NCBI GenBank assembly: GCA_945936135.1
Contig: CAMESG010000001.1
Location: 66,748 to 130,747, forward strand
From: an uncultured Mollicutes bacterium
Lineage (GTDB): Bacteria; Bacillota_I; Bacilli_A; RFN20; CAG-826
Length of the DNA: 64,000 nucleotides
Direction of reading: 5' to 3'
The notes below the pieces were generated by a model. That model ran no database searches and had not been told where the DNA came from. It saw nothing but the letters and a program-made list of their open reading frames with translations. A program made the translations under genes and the position numbers. This document shows, one piece after another, positions 56,245-64,000 of the stretch (the first letter of the stretch is position 1; each line of letters opens with the position of its first letter).

Positions 56245-56562
56245 ATGAATGCAAAGGAGCTTTTCCTCAAGGACATCCATTTCACCAAAAAGAAAACGAT
56301 CCTTTCCCTTGTCTTCGAGCCCTTGGCGTTCCTCACCCTCGCCGGCTTATGCCTCTTCATCTGCCTTCGTTGGCACGTGATCAACGTCTGGTCCATCATC
56401 TGCTTGGTCTGCACGGTCTTCACGCTGATCTATGGCCCGATCCACATCGACTTTGCGATCCGTTACTTGGTCCGCGAAAAGAAGCAAGAGCAATACGCAA
56501 AGGCGAAGCAAGAAGCGTCCTTCATGGAACAAAAAGACGCCCAAGACGAAAAAGGAGAATAG
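56245..56562 (+). CDS. small two-TM membrane protein, paralogue A
   Basis: 105 aa with two TMs; shares the FAIRYL segment with the next gene; weak RBS. Confidence 0.4.
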   Translation: MNAKELFLKDIHFTKKKTILSLVFEPLAFLTLAGLCLFICLRWHVINVWSIICLVCTVFTLIYGPIHIDFAIRYLVREKKQEQYAKAKQEASFMEQKDAQDEKGE

Positions 56563-56567
56563 ACACG

Positions 56568-56957
56568 ATGGCATTTAAAAAATTCCACATCTACAGCAAA
56601 ATGCAGGCGATCAGCTTCATCATCGCCGACCTCGTCACCATGGGGATGCTTGGCCTTTTTTGCTACTTCGTTACAAGCTTCGGCGTACCTACCCCCTTCT
56701 TATCCGTCTTTTTCGTTGTTTATGGGCTCATCGCCATCTCCGCGCTCGTCCAGATCGTCTTCGCGATCCGCTTCCTTATAAAGAATGGGAATCGCGAAAA
56801 ATACGGCAAAGACCATCCGGATTCCCTCTATGGGAACCGCGAAGAAAGCCGTCACGACGTAAAAGATCGAATGGCCCAAAAGAAAACCTGCATGTACTGC
56901 GGGACCTTAAACGACGTAGACGCCAATTACTGCGATCGCTGCGGCCGCAAGCTCTAA
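56568..56957 (+). CDS. small two-TM membrane protein with a C-terminal zinc ribbon, paralogue B
   Basis: AAAGGAG RBS 7 nt upstream; two TMs; FAIRFL segment; C-terminal CMYCGTLNDVDANYCDRCGRKL (CxxC-N10-CxxC). Confidence 0.5.
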   Translation: MAFKKFHIYSKMQAISFIIADLVTMGMLGLFCYFVTSFGVPTPFLSVFFVVYGLIAISALVQIVFAIRFLIKNGNREKYGKDHPDSLYGNREESRHDVKDRMAQKKTCMYCGTLNDVDANYCDRCGRKL

Positions 56958-56997
56958 GCCAAAACAAACGAAAAATGGGCCTCGCGGCCCACTTTTC

Positions 56998-57492
56998 TTA
57001 TTCGTCGTAATCGTAATCCTTCAAGACGTCGAAGGGAGAACCCTCTTCGAGTTTTGGCTCTTCTCCTTCAAGGTAGACCGACCATCCTTCGCCTTGACGT
57101 GAGAAGGAGGAATCTTCCTTCAAGGGTTTGATGGGGGTCTCGCTGCGAAGAAGAGAATAGAGAACCTCGGATAGCTCGATCCCGTTCCCCGGGAAGAGAT
57201 AGCCTTCGGCCTCGCCATCTGGATCATCGTCGAGGAGGTTAACCGTCTCTTCTTTTTCGATGCGTTGTTCAAAGACTTCGTTCGTCCGAGCATCGCTTAG
57301 GAGCAAGGTCCCTTCGATGGTTCCTTCAAAAACGACGATATCATCGAACTTCTGAACAACGCCCAATAACCTCGCGTCCTTGATCCCCATCAAGGGATAA
57401 GAACGTTCAAAGCATTCCTTGGGATATTCATCAACGACTTCTTCTACGGGCGTTTCCTTGCCCGAGTAGATGGAGCTTCGATAGATCTTCAT
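56998..57492 (-). CDS. acidic hypothetical protein, possibly YceD/DUF177-like
   Basis: 164 aa, strongly acidic, with a DLSE-like segment (GIELSEVLYSLL) downstream of pheT; lacks the usual CxxC pairs. The family call is tentative. Confidence 0.3.
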   Translation of the reverse strand: MKIYRSSIYSGKETPVEEVVDEYPKECFERSYPLMGIKDARLLGVVQKFDDIVVFEGTIEGTLLLSDARTNEVFEQRIEKEETVNLLDDDPDGEAEGYLFPGNGIELSEVLYSLLRSETPIKPLKEDSSFSRQGEGWSVYLEGEEPKLEEGSPFDVLKDYDYDE

Positions 57493-59873
57493 ACCCCGCG
57501 GATCTCCCCGTTGAAGGATAACTTCAAGGCGTCCATTGCCTTCTTCATCGCTTCTTGGATCTCGCCTTCTTGGAGGGTGTGATCCTCACTACCAAGGGTG
57601 AGGCTAAGGGCAAGGGACTTCTTTCCTTCGACCACCCCGAGCCCCGTATAGACGTCGAAGGCTTCGACGCTGCGGACGAGGGGCGAGCACTTCATGAGGC
57701 TGCGACGGACATCGTCGAAGGCGACGTCTTTCGCCAAAACCACGGACAAATCGCGGGAAACCGAAGGATATTTCGCCGGGACGGCGACCTTGATCGGGGT
57801 CGCGTTAAGCGAGGCCAAGGCATCGAAATCGAGTTCAAGGACAATCGCGGACTTCAAATCATTCTTCTTGAGGGCGACGGGGTGCACTTCGCCGAAATAC
57901 CCGACGAGTTGCTTGCCAAGGCGGATCTCCGCGGAGCGGCCAGGATGCATCTCTTCGCCTCCTAGGCTCCACGGCATGAAGCGGTATCTTCCTTCTTTGA
58001 CCCCGAGGATCTTGAGGATCGCCTCCGCATAGCCCTTCGCATCGAAGAAATCGTAAGGACGTTCGCCGAGACGGCCTTGTCCTTTCGCGTTCCCGGTCAA
58101 GACGAAGGAGAGGTATTGACCTTGGAAATCAGACGCATCGATGTCGCTCACCTCGAAGATTCCGAAGTCCTTGTTTTGACGGGCGACGTTATAGGTCGCG
58201 ACCTTCAGAAGGCTAGGAAGCAGGGAGGGACGGACGAATTCGCGATCGACCGTGAGGGGATTCTTCAGCTTCAAGGCTTCGTGGTTATTGAGATAGCGGA
58301 ACGAGCCCAATTGATCTTTGGAAACGAGGGTATAGGTGACAACTTCATAAAGGCCTTGGGCGAGCAAATAATCGCGGATCGCCTTCTTCTTTTCTTGCTT
58401 CGGGGTCAACCCGCGAAGCGCAAGCTGGGTGATCGGAAGGGTCGAGACGATCTTGTCGTAGCCAAGGATTCGGATCAATTCTTCCGAGATATCGGCTTCC
58501 CCATCCATATCCAAACGATAGGAAGGAACCTCGCAGACGAGCTCTTCCCCTTCGATTCTCGGGGAGAGGTTATCGCGAGCAAGAGTCTTCAAGATCAAAT
58601 CCGTATCAAAGAAAGTTCCAAGACGGCCATTAAGATAGGCAACGCTCGTGCGGATTTCCTTCTTTTCGTGCGCATAGACATCATAAAGAGCGGTCTCTTC
58701 GATCTCTTTCGCTCCCGCGATTTCGCTTAAGATCTCGCTTGTCTTGCGTTGGACGTCTTCCATCTGATCGGGGTTGATGCCCTTGCAGAAACGCAAGGAG
58801 GAATCGCTCGCCAAGCCGATGCGGTTGGAGGTATGACGGATCGAGGCGAAATGGAACGAAGCCGCTTCAACGACGATGTTCTTGGTATTCTCGTCAACTC
58901 GGCAGGCATCCGCGGTCATGATCCCGGCAAGGCACATCGGTTGTCCATCGGAAGTAACGACCAAGTCGCCTTTTTGAAGCGGATACTTGTTCCCATCCAT
59001 CGCGAGGAACTCGCCTTCTAGATCGTCACGGACGATCAATTCTTGCTTCGGCAATTTGTCGAGGTCATACATGTTGAGGGGCTGGCCCGTCAAAAGCATG
59101 ATGTAGTTTCCAATGTCGACGATGTTGTTGATCGAACGGATCCCAGAGACTTCCAATAAACGGCTAAGCCACAAAGGCGAAGCGTGGGTTTCGACGCCTT
59201 TAATCACGCGGGCAGAGAAGATCTTGCAGGAAGAAGTCTCCGATCCAACCTTGAAGGAGGTGGCATTCAACGGGAGTTCTTTTGCTTCTTCCTTACGTTG
59301 CTCGATATCAAACAAGCAAGCGACTTCCTTCACGACGTTTTCGAAGGCATAGAGGTCAGGACGGTTCGGCAAAACCGAGATATCGATCGCGACATCGTCT
59401 AGGCCTAGATACCCCAAGACATTGCTTTCCCCGACGGGGGCGGATTCGTCCAATTCCTCGATTCCCGAGGTTTGCTTTTCGCTTAAGTACTTCCCTTCGA
59501 CGCCAAGTTCAAGCAACGAGCAGCACATGCCATCGCTATCGACGCCGCGGATCTTGCTCGGCTTGATCTCGCCACCGGGGAGCTTGGCCCCTGTTCTTGC
59601 GACGATGACCTTCAAGCCAACCCTTGCATTTGGGGCACCGCAGACGATTTGATGGACGCCAAAGGGTCCTTCGTCCACTTGAAGGATATGGAGGTGATCG
59701 CTATCTGGATGCGGAACGCAAGAAAGGATATGGCCGATCACGAGGTTCGTGCCTTGGCCAAGAGGCTCAATGCCTTCGACCTCGGCGCCTGCGAAGGTCA
59801 ACTTATCCGCAATCTCTTCCGGGGTCGCGTCAAGATGGAGGCGTTCTTTGATGTATTTATACGAAACTTTCAT
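57489..59873 (-). CDS. pheT: phenylalanine--tRNA ligase beta subunit
   Basis: 794 aa; N-terminal tRNA-binding domain MKVSYKYIKERL...; B3/B4, B5 and FDX-ACB domains. Confidence 0.9.
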   Translation of the reverse strand: MKVSYKYIKERLHLDATPEEIADKLTFAGAEVEGIEPLGQGTNLVIGHILSCVPHPDSDHLHILQVDEGPFGVHQIVCGAPNARVGLKVIVARTGAKLPGGEIKPSKIRGVDSDGMCCSLLELGVEGKYLSEKQTSGIEELDESAPVGESNVLGYLGLDDVAIDISVLPNRPDLYAFENVVKEVACLFDIEQRKEEAKELPLNATSFKVGSETSSCKIFSARVIKGVETHASPLWLSRLLEVSGIRSINNIVDIGNYIMLLTGQPLNMYDLDKLPKQELIVRDDLEGEFLAMDGNKYPLQKGDLVVTSDGQPMCLAGIMTADACRVDENTKNIVVEAASFHFASIRHTSNRIGLASDSSLRFCKGINPDQMEDVQRKTSEILSEIAGAKEIEETALYDVYAHEKKEIRTSVAYLNGRLGTFFDTDLILKTLARDNLSPRIEGEELVCEVPSYRLDMDGEADISEELIRILGYDKIVSTLPITQLALRGLTPKQEKKKAIRDYLLAQGLYEVVTYTLVSKDQLGSFRYLNNHEALKLKNPLTVDREFVRPSLLPSLLKVATYNVARQNKDFGIFEVSDIDASDFQGQYLSFVLTGNAKGQGRLGERPYDFFDAKGYAEAILKILGVKEGRYRFMPWSLGGEEMHPGRSAEIRLGKQLVGYFGEVHPVALKKNDLKSAIVLELDFDALASLNATPIKVAVPAKYPSVSRDLSVVLAKDVAFDDVRRSLMKCSPLVRSVEAFDVYTGLGVVEGKKSLALSLTLGSEDHTLQEGEIQEAMKKAMDALKLSFNGEIRGV

Positions 59874-59884
59874 TGTCTACTTCC

Positions 59885-60931
59885 TCACTTTCCTTGGAAG
59901 GCATCCAAGAAGCGGATGTCGTTGGCGTAGATCCGACGAATGTCATCGCACCCATAGCGGAGCATCGCGACGCGCTCGACCCCGACGCCAAAGGCAAAGC
60001 CCGAATACTTCTTCGAATCATAACCGCAGGCTTCCAGGACCTTTGGGTTCACCATGCCGGCGCCCAAGATCTCGATCCAGCCCGTGCCTTTGCATAAACT
60101 GCAGCCTTTGCCCCCGCAGTTGAAGCAAGAAACGTCGACTTCAACGCTAGGCTCCGTGAAAGGGAAATAAGAGGAACGAAGGCGGATTTCTCTCTTTTCG
60201 CCGAACATTTTACGGACGAAGAGCTCAAGGGTCGCCTTGAGGTTCGCCATCGAGATCTCTTCGCCGATCACAAGCCCTTCGATCTGGGCGAATTGATGGC
60301 TGTGGGTCATGTCGTCGTCGTCGCGACGATACGCTTTCCCCGGGCAGATCAATTGGATCGGGCCCTTTGGATTCTCTTCGCACATCGCATGGGCTTGCGC
60401 GGCCGAAGTCTGCGTGCGGAGCAGCAACTCCTTCATCCCATCAAGGTAGAAGGTATCCTGCATATCGCGCGCTGGGTGATCCTTCGGGACGTTTAAGAGT
60501 TCAAAGTTATAAAGATCGCTTTCGACGTCTCTGCCTTCCGCGACCTCATATCCCATATCCAAGAAGATCTTGGTCACTTCGTCGATCACGACGTGATAGG
60601 GGTTCTTCCCGCCGGGCAAGCAAGTCCTCCCCGGCAAGGTGATATCGATCTTTTCGGATTCAAACTTCTTTTTCAGCTTCCAGGCCTCGATCTCATCTTT
60701 CTTTTCGAGGTAGACCTCTTCGACGGCCTTTCTTGCGGCGTTCACCGCGGCCCCGAAGGTCGCCCGAAGTTCAGGAGGGATCTCCTTCATCTTGCTCATC
60801 AAGCCGCTGACAGCGCCTTTCTTGGCGAGGTAGGCGGCGAAAAAGAGGCCGAGCTGCCCTTCTTCTTTGACGTCCATCAGGGCCTTCAAGGCTTCTTCTT
60901 TGATCTTTGTTGCTTCATCGATGCAATCCAT
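59885..60931 (-). CDS. pheS: phenylalanine--tRNA ligase alpha subunit
   Basis: Class II motifs (FRVDDDDMTHSHQFAQIEGLV; GAGMVNP); start MDCIDEATKIKEE with AGGAGG 6 nt upstream; the track ORF extends into the leader. Confidence 0.9.
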   Translation of the reverse strand: MDCIDEATKIKEEALKALMDVKEEGQLGLFFAAYLAKKGAVSGLMSKMKEIPPELRATFGAAVNAARKAVEEVYLEKKDEIEAWKLKKKFESEKIDITLPGRTCLPGGKNPYHVVIDEVTKIFLDMGYEVAEGRDVESDLYNFELLNVPKDHPARDMQDTFYLDGMKELLLRTQTSAAQAHAMCEENPKGPIQLICPGKAYRRDDDDMTHSHQFAQIEGLVIGEEISMANLKATLELFVRKMFGEKREIRLRSSYFPFTEPSVEVDVSCFNCGGKGCSLCKGTGWIEILGAGMVNPKVLEACGYDSKKYSGFAFGVGVERVAMLRYGCDDIRRIYANDIRFLDAFQGK

Positions 60932-61250
60932 GGAATTCCTCCTATTCAATAAACAAAGGGATGGCAGGGAACGGAGTTGCCCCCGCGGTGCCATCCCTTT
61001 TCAAATCCAAATAAACCGTACTGGTTGGAAATGCTCTTTGTCCCTATAACGCGGGGCGCGGCTAGGTCTCCCTAGCGTTCTCCAAGGCGAATTCGCGGAC
61101 TTCCTGCGGAAGGGTCTCACTATCCCTTCTTCCCTTTGTTCGGAAGCGACCCGTTACTACTCCTCTTCTTTGAACGCGTTTATTTTATTCCTTGATGGCA
61201 AAAAGGGAAGGGGAAACCATAGGTTTTTCCGCAAATTCGCTCCCCTATTA
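60932..61250 (-). promoter_or_regulatory. T-box-like leader upstream of pheST
   Basis: Variant T-box AAAAGGGATGGCACCGCGGGG (plus 60983-61001). Terminator GGGATGGCA-22 nt-TGCCATCCC plus TTTGTTTATT (plus 60958-60997) just upstream of the pheS RBS. Confidence 0.45.
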
Positions 61251-61311
61251 TCGATTTTCTTACCGCCCGAGCCCATAAATGAGGTAGAAAAAAGTTGTTA
61301 GGAGCAACCAT

Positions 61312-61758
61312 ATGAAAAAATGGGTTCGTGTTCTTTATTGCCTTAGTTTGGGCGCAAGCGCGATTTACGCCCCGGCGAGTTTCTTCTTTCCCTTGATCTT
61401 CAAGTGGTATGACCTCTTGCCAAGTGGCCATCCTTCCTTGATCGCCGGCGTTGATTATGCGACCTATACCCTCTCCTTCCTGCTTCTAGGCTATAGCGTG
61501 CTCATGATCCTCTCGGGCAAGAAAGCCCTCGCGAAAAAGAAAACGCCCGTCTACTTCTATTACCTCCTAGGCGCAGCCTGGCTCCTTCGAGCGATCCTTG
61601 CTTCCTTCGTGGAACGCTGGCCCCTTCAACCAAGCGTTGCCGCGGCCTTGATCCAGTTCCTCTCGAATGATTTGATCGCCATCGCGATGATGGTCGTCAG
61701 CGCCATGTTCTACTTAGAGATGAAGAAAGATTCGGATCCAGACGAAGAAGACGAATAA
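61312..61758 (+). CDS. hypothetical polytopic membrane protein
   Basis: 148 aa, four predicted TMs, acidic C-terminus DSDPDEEDE; AGGAG RBS. Confidence 0.45.
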   Translation: MKKWVRVLYCLSLGASAIYAPASFFFPLIFKWYDLLPSGHPSLIAGVDYATYTLSFLLLGYSVLMILSGKKALAKKKTPVYFYYLLGAAWLLRAILASFVERWPLQPSVAAALIQFLSNDLIAIAMMVVSAMFYLEMKKDSDPDEEDE

Positions 61759-61767
61759 ACCTTCAAG

Positions 61768-61793
61768 CTTCCCTTCGATGGGAAGTCTTTTTA
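61768..61793 (+). terminator. terminator of the 61312-61758 gene
   Basis: CTTCCC-ttcgat-GGGAAG followed by TCTTTTTAT. Confidence 0.55.
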
Positions 61794-61796
61794 TAT

Positions 61797-61827
61797 CAAA
61801 AAAGGATGCCCCCGAAGGAGAGCATCC
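61797..61827 (-). terminator. terminator after the lipoprotein gene (convergent)
   Basis: GGATGC-tctccttcgggg-GCATCC followed by TTTTTTT on the minus strand. Confidence 0.55.
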
Positions 61828-61844
61828 TGATGTAATTGTTTCGC

Positions 61845-63098
61845 TTACGCCTCTTCCTTTTGGAACTTTGGGAAGGTGAAGACATCGGTATAGTCGGCCT
61901 TTTCTTCCACGGACAAGGTATCGCATTTGACCTTGCGCCCGTAGGCTCTTGCGACTTCGCAGGAGACCTCAAGCTTTCCATCGGGCACCATCAACGTTCG
62001 ATCCGCGTCATTGGCGTCATTCGGATCAAAAGGATCGATCCCATTCGCCCCATAAAGGAGGTCATAGGTCTTTTGATCGTCGAAGTCGTCGACGCTAAGC
62101 GAGAAGGATTCCGCGACGACGCCTTGCTCCGCGGCGTAGGTCACCGAACGGTAGAAATGGTTGAAGTCGATCGCTTCGATGGTTTCGTCCACGCGGGCAA
62201 GGACTTCTTCTTCGCTCGGGAGGCCAACGCTGATGTCGATTGACGAAGAGGAAGAATCTTTGAAGGAATCCACGAGGCCTTTGATCTCGGCGTAGACATT
62301 GGAAACAAAGACGTTGAGATAGGCGTCCAACGAGGCTTCATCATCAATCCGGACGGTCATCTTCGATAAACCGTTTTCCAAGGTCTCGGATTGAACGGGA
62401 ATCATGAGGGAATCGGTCTCGGCGATCAAACGGAAGAAACGATCTTCCGGGGTATTGCTAGAAGCCGCGTTGATAAGCCCCGTCAAAAGGCTGAAGGCAT
62501 CATCGCTTAAATCGTAATGTCCTTGGTCGACCAAATTCCACGTCGAATCGCCGCTTAGACCACGCAAGGCCACCTGCAAAACCGTGTTGAAGAGCCCTTG
62601 CTTTGAAAAATCCGCGTAAAGGGTCGCATTATCGAAATACGCATCCATCTGAAGGGGGATGACTGCGTTCGACCCGATCGCCGAAGGGATGCTATTCCCC
62701 GATACGCGAAGTTCGGTGCGGGGCATATGCAAGGAGGCCTTCATCTTGTCCTTGCCTCTCCCGACGCCGTTGGCGGCGAAGTTCACTCCAAAGTGATCCG
62801 TATCCAAATGAAGATCGTCCCAGGTGCGTTCCTTCCCTTCTTCCGGGGCTTCGGAGCTGCGGAAGCCAAAGGAAAGGGCGCTTCCTTGCGCGTCGAAGGA
62901 CAAATCCTGTTCCATCGCCGCGAACTTCATCGCTTGGGTGTATTCGTTCAAATAATCATCGATGTCCTTGTTTGGTTGAGGAATCGAGGAGGAGGTTTGC
63001 TCGCTGCTAGAGGAGCTAGAATCCAAACTCGCATTGCAAGAGGCGAGAAGGGTGACGCTTGCTAGAAGCAATAAGGGGGTAGAGAAACTTTTCTTCAT
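61845..63098 (-). CDS. hypothetical lipoprotein
   Basis: Lipobox signal MKKSFSTPLLLLASVTLLASCNAS and a Ser-rich linker. The track ORF starts 6 codons upstream at 63116, overlapping the trmH stop. Confidence 0.5.
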   Translation of the reverse strand: MKKSFSTPLLLLASVTLLASCNASLDSSSSSSEQTSSSIPQPNKDIDDYLNEYTQAMKFAAMEQDLSFDAQGSALSFGFRSSEAPEEGKERTWDDLHLDTDHFGVNFAANGVGRGKDKMKASLHMPRTELRVSGNSIPSAIGSNAVIPLQMDAYFDNATLYADFSKQGLFNTVLQVALRGLSGDSTWNLVDQGHYDLSDDAFSLLTGLINAASSNTPEDRFFRLIAETDSLMIPVQSETLENGLSKMTVRIDDEASLDAYLNVFVSNVYAEIKGLVDSFKDSSSSSIDISVGLPSEEEVLARVDETIEAIDFNHFYRSVTYAAEQGVVAESFSLSVDDFDDQKTYDLLYGANGIDPFDPNDANDADRTLMVPDGKLEVSCEVARAYGRKVKCDTLSVEEKADYTDVFTFPKFQKEEA

Positions 63099-63105
63099 GC
63101 TTAAA

Positions 63106-63846
63106 TCATCGTACATTTTCGTCTGATTTTAAAGACAAATGATGCATTAAGATGCCTCCGGCAACGCCAACGTTCAAGGATTCCATCGCTTCCATGTGGA
63201 TAAGGAGCAAGGAAGAGCATTCTTTGCGCAGTTCTTCTTTCATTCCCTGCCCTTCGTTTCCAAGGATCAACGCAAGCTTTCCGCTCTTCGGAAAATAGGT
63301 TTCCATGGGCATCGAATCTTGAAGGGCGCTTCCCAAGACTTCGTAGCCCTTCTCTTTCAATTCCTTCAACAAGGCCAATCCGTCATCCGGGAAATGGAGA
63401 TTCACTTCAAAGATCGCCCCTTGGGTTGAAGCAAGGCACTTCGCGTTCATCGGGGTACAGGTCCCGGGAAGGAAATAGACATCGTTAAACCCAAAGGCCA
63501 GGGCCGTGCGGAGCATCGTCCCGACGTTCCCTGGGTCTTGGACGCGATCGAGAATCAAGACGCGATCCCCGATTTCCTTATTCCCGGGAAGGTGTGCGAT
63601 CCCCAAGATCGGTTCAGGGTTTTTCGAGATCGCGGCCTTTTGCAAGGCTTCTTCTCCTAGTCTCGTGAACAAGACATCCGGATACGGGCATTCTTCCGTC
63701 GAATAGATCTCATCAAGGCAATGGGCGGCGTAGGCCATCTCGACCATGTGGTATCCTTCGATCAAAAAGGCTTTGGGCGTCGGCTTCTTGCCTAACGCGC
63801 AAAGGGCCTTCACTTTTTTGTTGCTGGTACTAGAGATCTTCTCCAC
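63106..63846 (-). CDS. TrmH/SpoU-family RNA 2'-O-methyltransferase (YsgA-like)
   Basis: SPOUT motifs (LILDRVQDPGNVGTMLRTALAFGF; LILGNEGQG); positioned upstream of pheS as ysgA is in Bacillus. Confidence 0.8.
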   Translation of the reverse strand: MEKISSTSNKKVKALCALGKKPTPKAFLIEGYHMVEMAYAAHCLDEIYSTEECPYPDVLFTRLGEEALQKAAISKNPEPILGIAHLPGNKEIGDRVLILDRVQDPGNVGTMLRTALAFGFNDVYFLPGTCTPMNAKCLASTQGAIFEVNLHFPDDGLALLKELKEKGYEVLGSALQDSMPMETYFPKSGKLALILGNEGQGMKEELRKECSSLLLIHMEAMESLNVGVAGGILMHHLSLKSDENVR

Positions 63847-64000
63847 GGTAATCCCCTTTCTTCAACGAACGTTGATGCCTTACATAGTCTGGATCGTATT
63901 TGGATACGAGGCGATAGAAACTCGCTTGATGGTTCGCGTAAGTAAAGTGGGCAAGCTCATGGATGATCAAATAATCCACGATCTCGGGCGCATAACAGAT
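63843..64000 (-). CDS. YgjP/DUF45-family metal-dependent hydrolase, C-terminal fragment (gene starts beyond the window end)
   Basis: Minus-strand frame open to the window edge encodes ...YAPEIVDYLIIHELAHFTYANH... (HEXXH zinc motif in the WLHE.AH context). Confidence 0.5.

Noticed and set aside
1-64000. Search for CRISPR arrays, transposases, integrases, toxin-antitoxin pairs, restriction-modification or other defence systems
   Set aside because: No direct-repeat/spacer arrays, DDE or tyrosine-recombinase-like ORFs, or defence-associated domains were seen. The only mobile-element-like signal is the AT-rich island at tRNA-Arg, reported as a finding.
1-64000. Possible Mollicutes genetic code 4 (UGA=Trp)
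   Set aside because: All long genes close cleanly under the standard code, and TGA coincides with expected C-termini (e.g. ATGA overlaps at 18472 and 21255). No gene needs UGA read-through.

Overview
Roughly 55% GC, densely coded bacterial window. Almost every real gene is on the minus strand; the long plus-strand ORFs in the track are mostly antisense artefacts. Gene content and order are Bacillota-like: ruvA-ruvB-secDF-recJ-relA, rplU-prp-rpmA with a Prp-cleavable L27 extension, tig-lon-engB, lspA-rluD, trmH-pheS-pheT, three T-box leaders and many lipobox lipoproteins. Several traits resemble Mollicutes or other reduced Bacilli lineages: a minimal dcw cluster (mraZ-rsmH-small membrane protein-ftsA-ftsZ) with no peptidoglycan genes, no clpX between tig and lon, a fused expanded SecDF, a very large MalF, and lipoprotein-anchored glycosidases. 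The standard genetic code is used, with no UGA-Trp. The main accessory block is a 17.6 kb co-directional starch/pullulan/maltodextrin locus at 11002-28605. It encodes two type I pullulanases, an alpha-amylase and an alpha-glucosidase-like GH13 enzyme, all as lipoproteins. It also encodes two tandem paralogous starch-binding lipoproteins and a MalEFG transporter with a perfect cre palindrome in the malE leader. The rest is housekeeping: obg, valS, ileS, pheST, ftsAZ, uvrC-mutS2, rnhC, plsC, tRNA-Arg(UCU), and an nfeD-SPFH pair. No CRISPR array, transposase, integrase or recognisable defence system was seen. The most unusual observations are listed here. MalF carries a ~390 aa basic, Cys/His-rich insertion. 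The two paralogous lipoproteins combine a Listeria-Bacteroides repeat with a CBM25/26-like domain. An AT-rich repeat-bearing island with a regulator remnant abuts tRNA-Arg. An AT-rich palindromic 12-mer recurs in unrelated promoter regions. Two small membrane proteins sit in tandem, one with a zinc ribbon.
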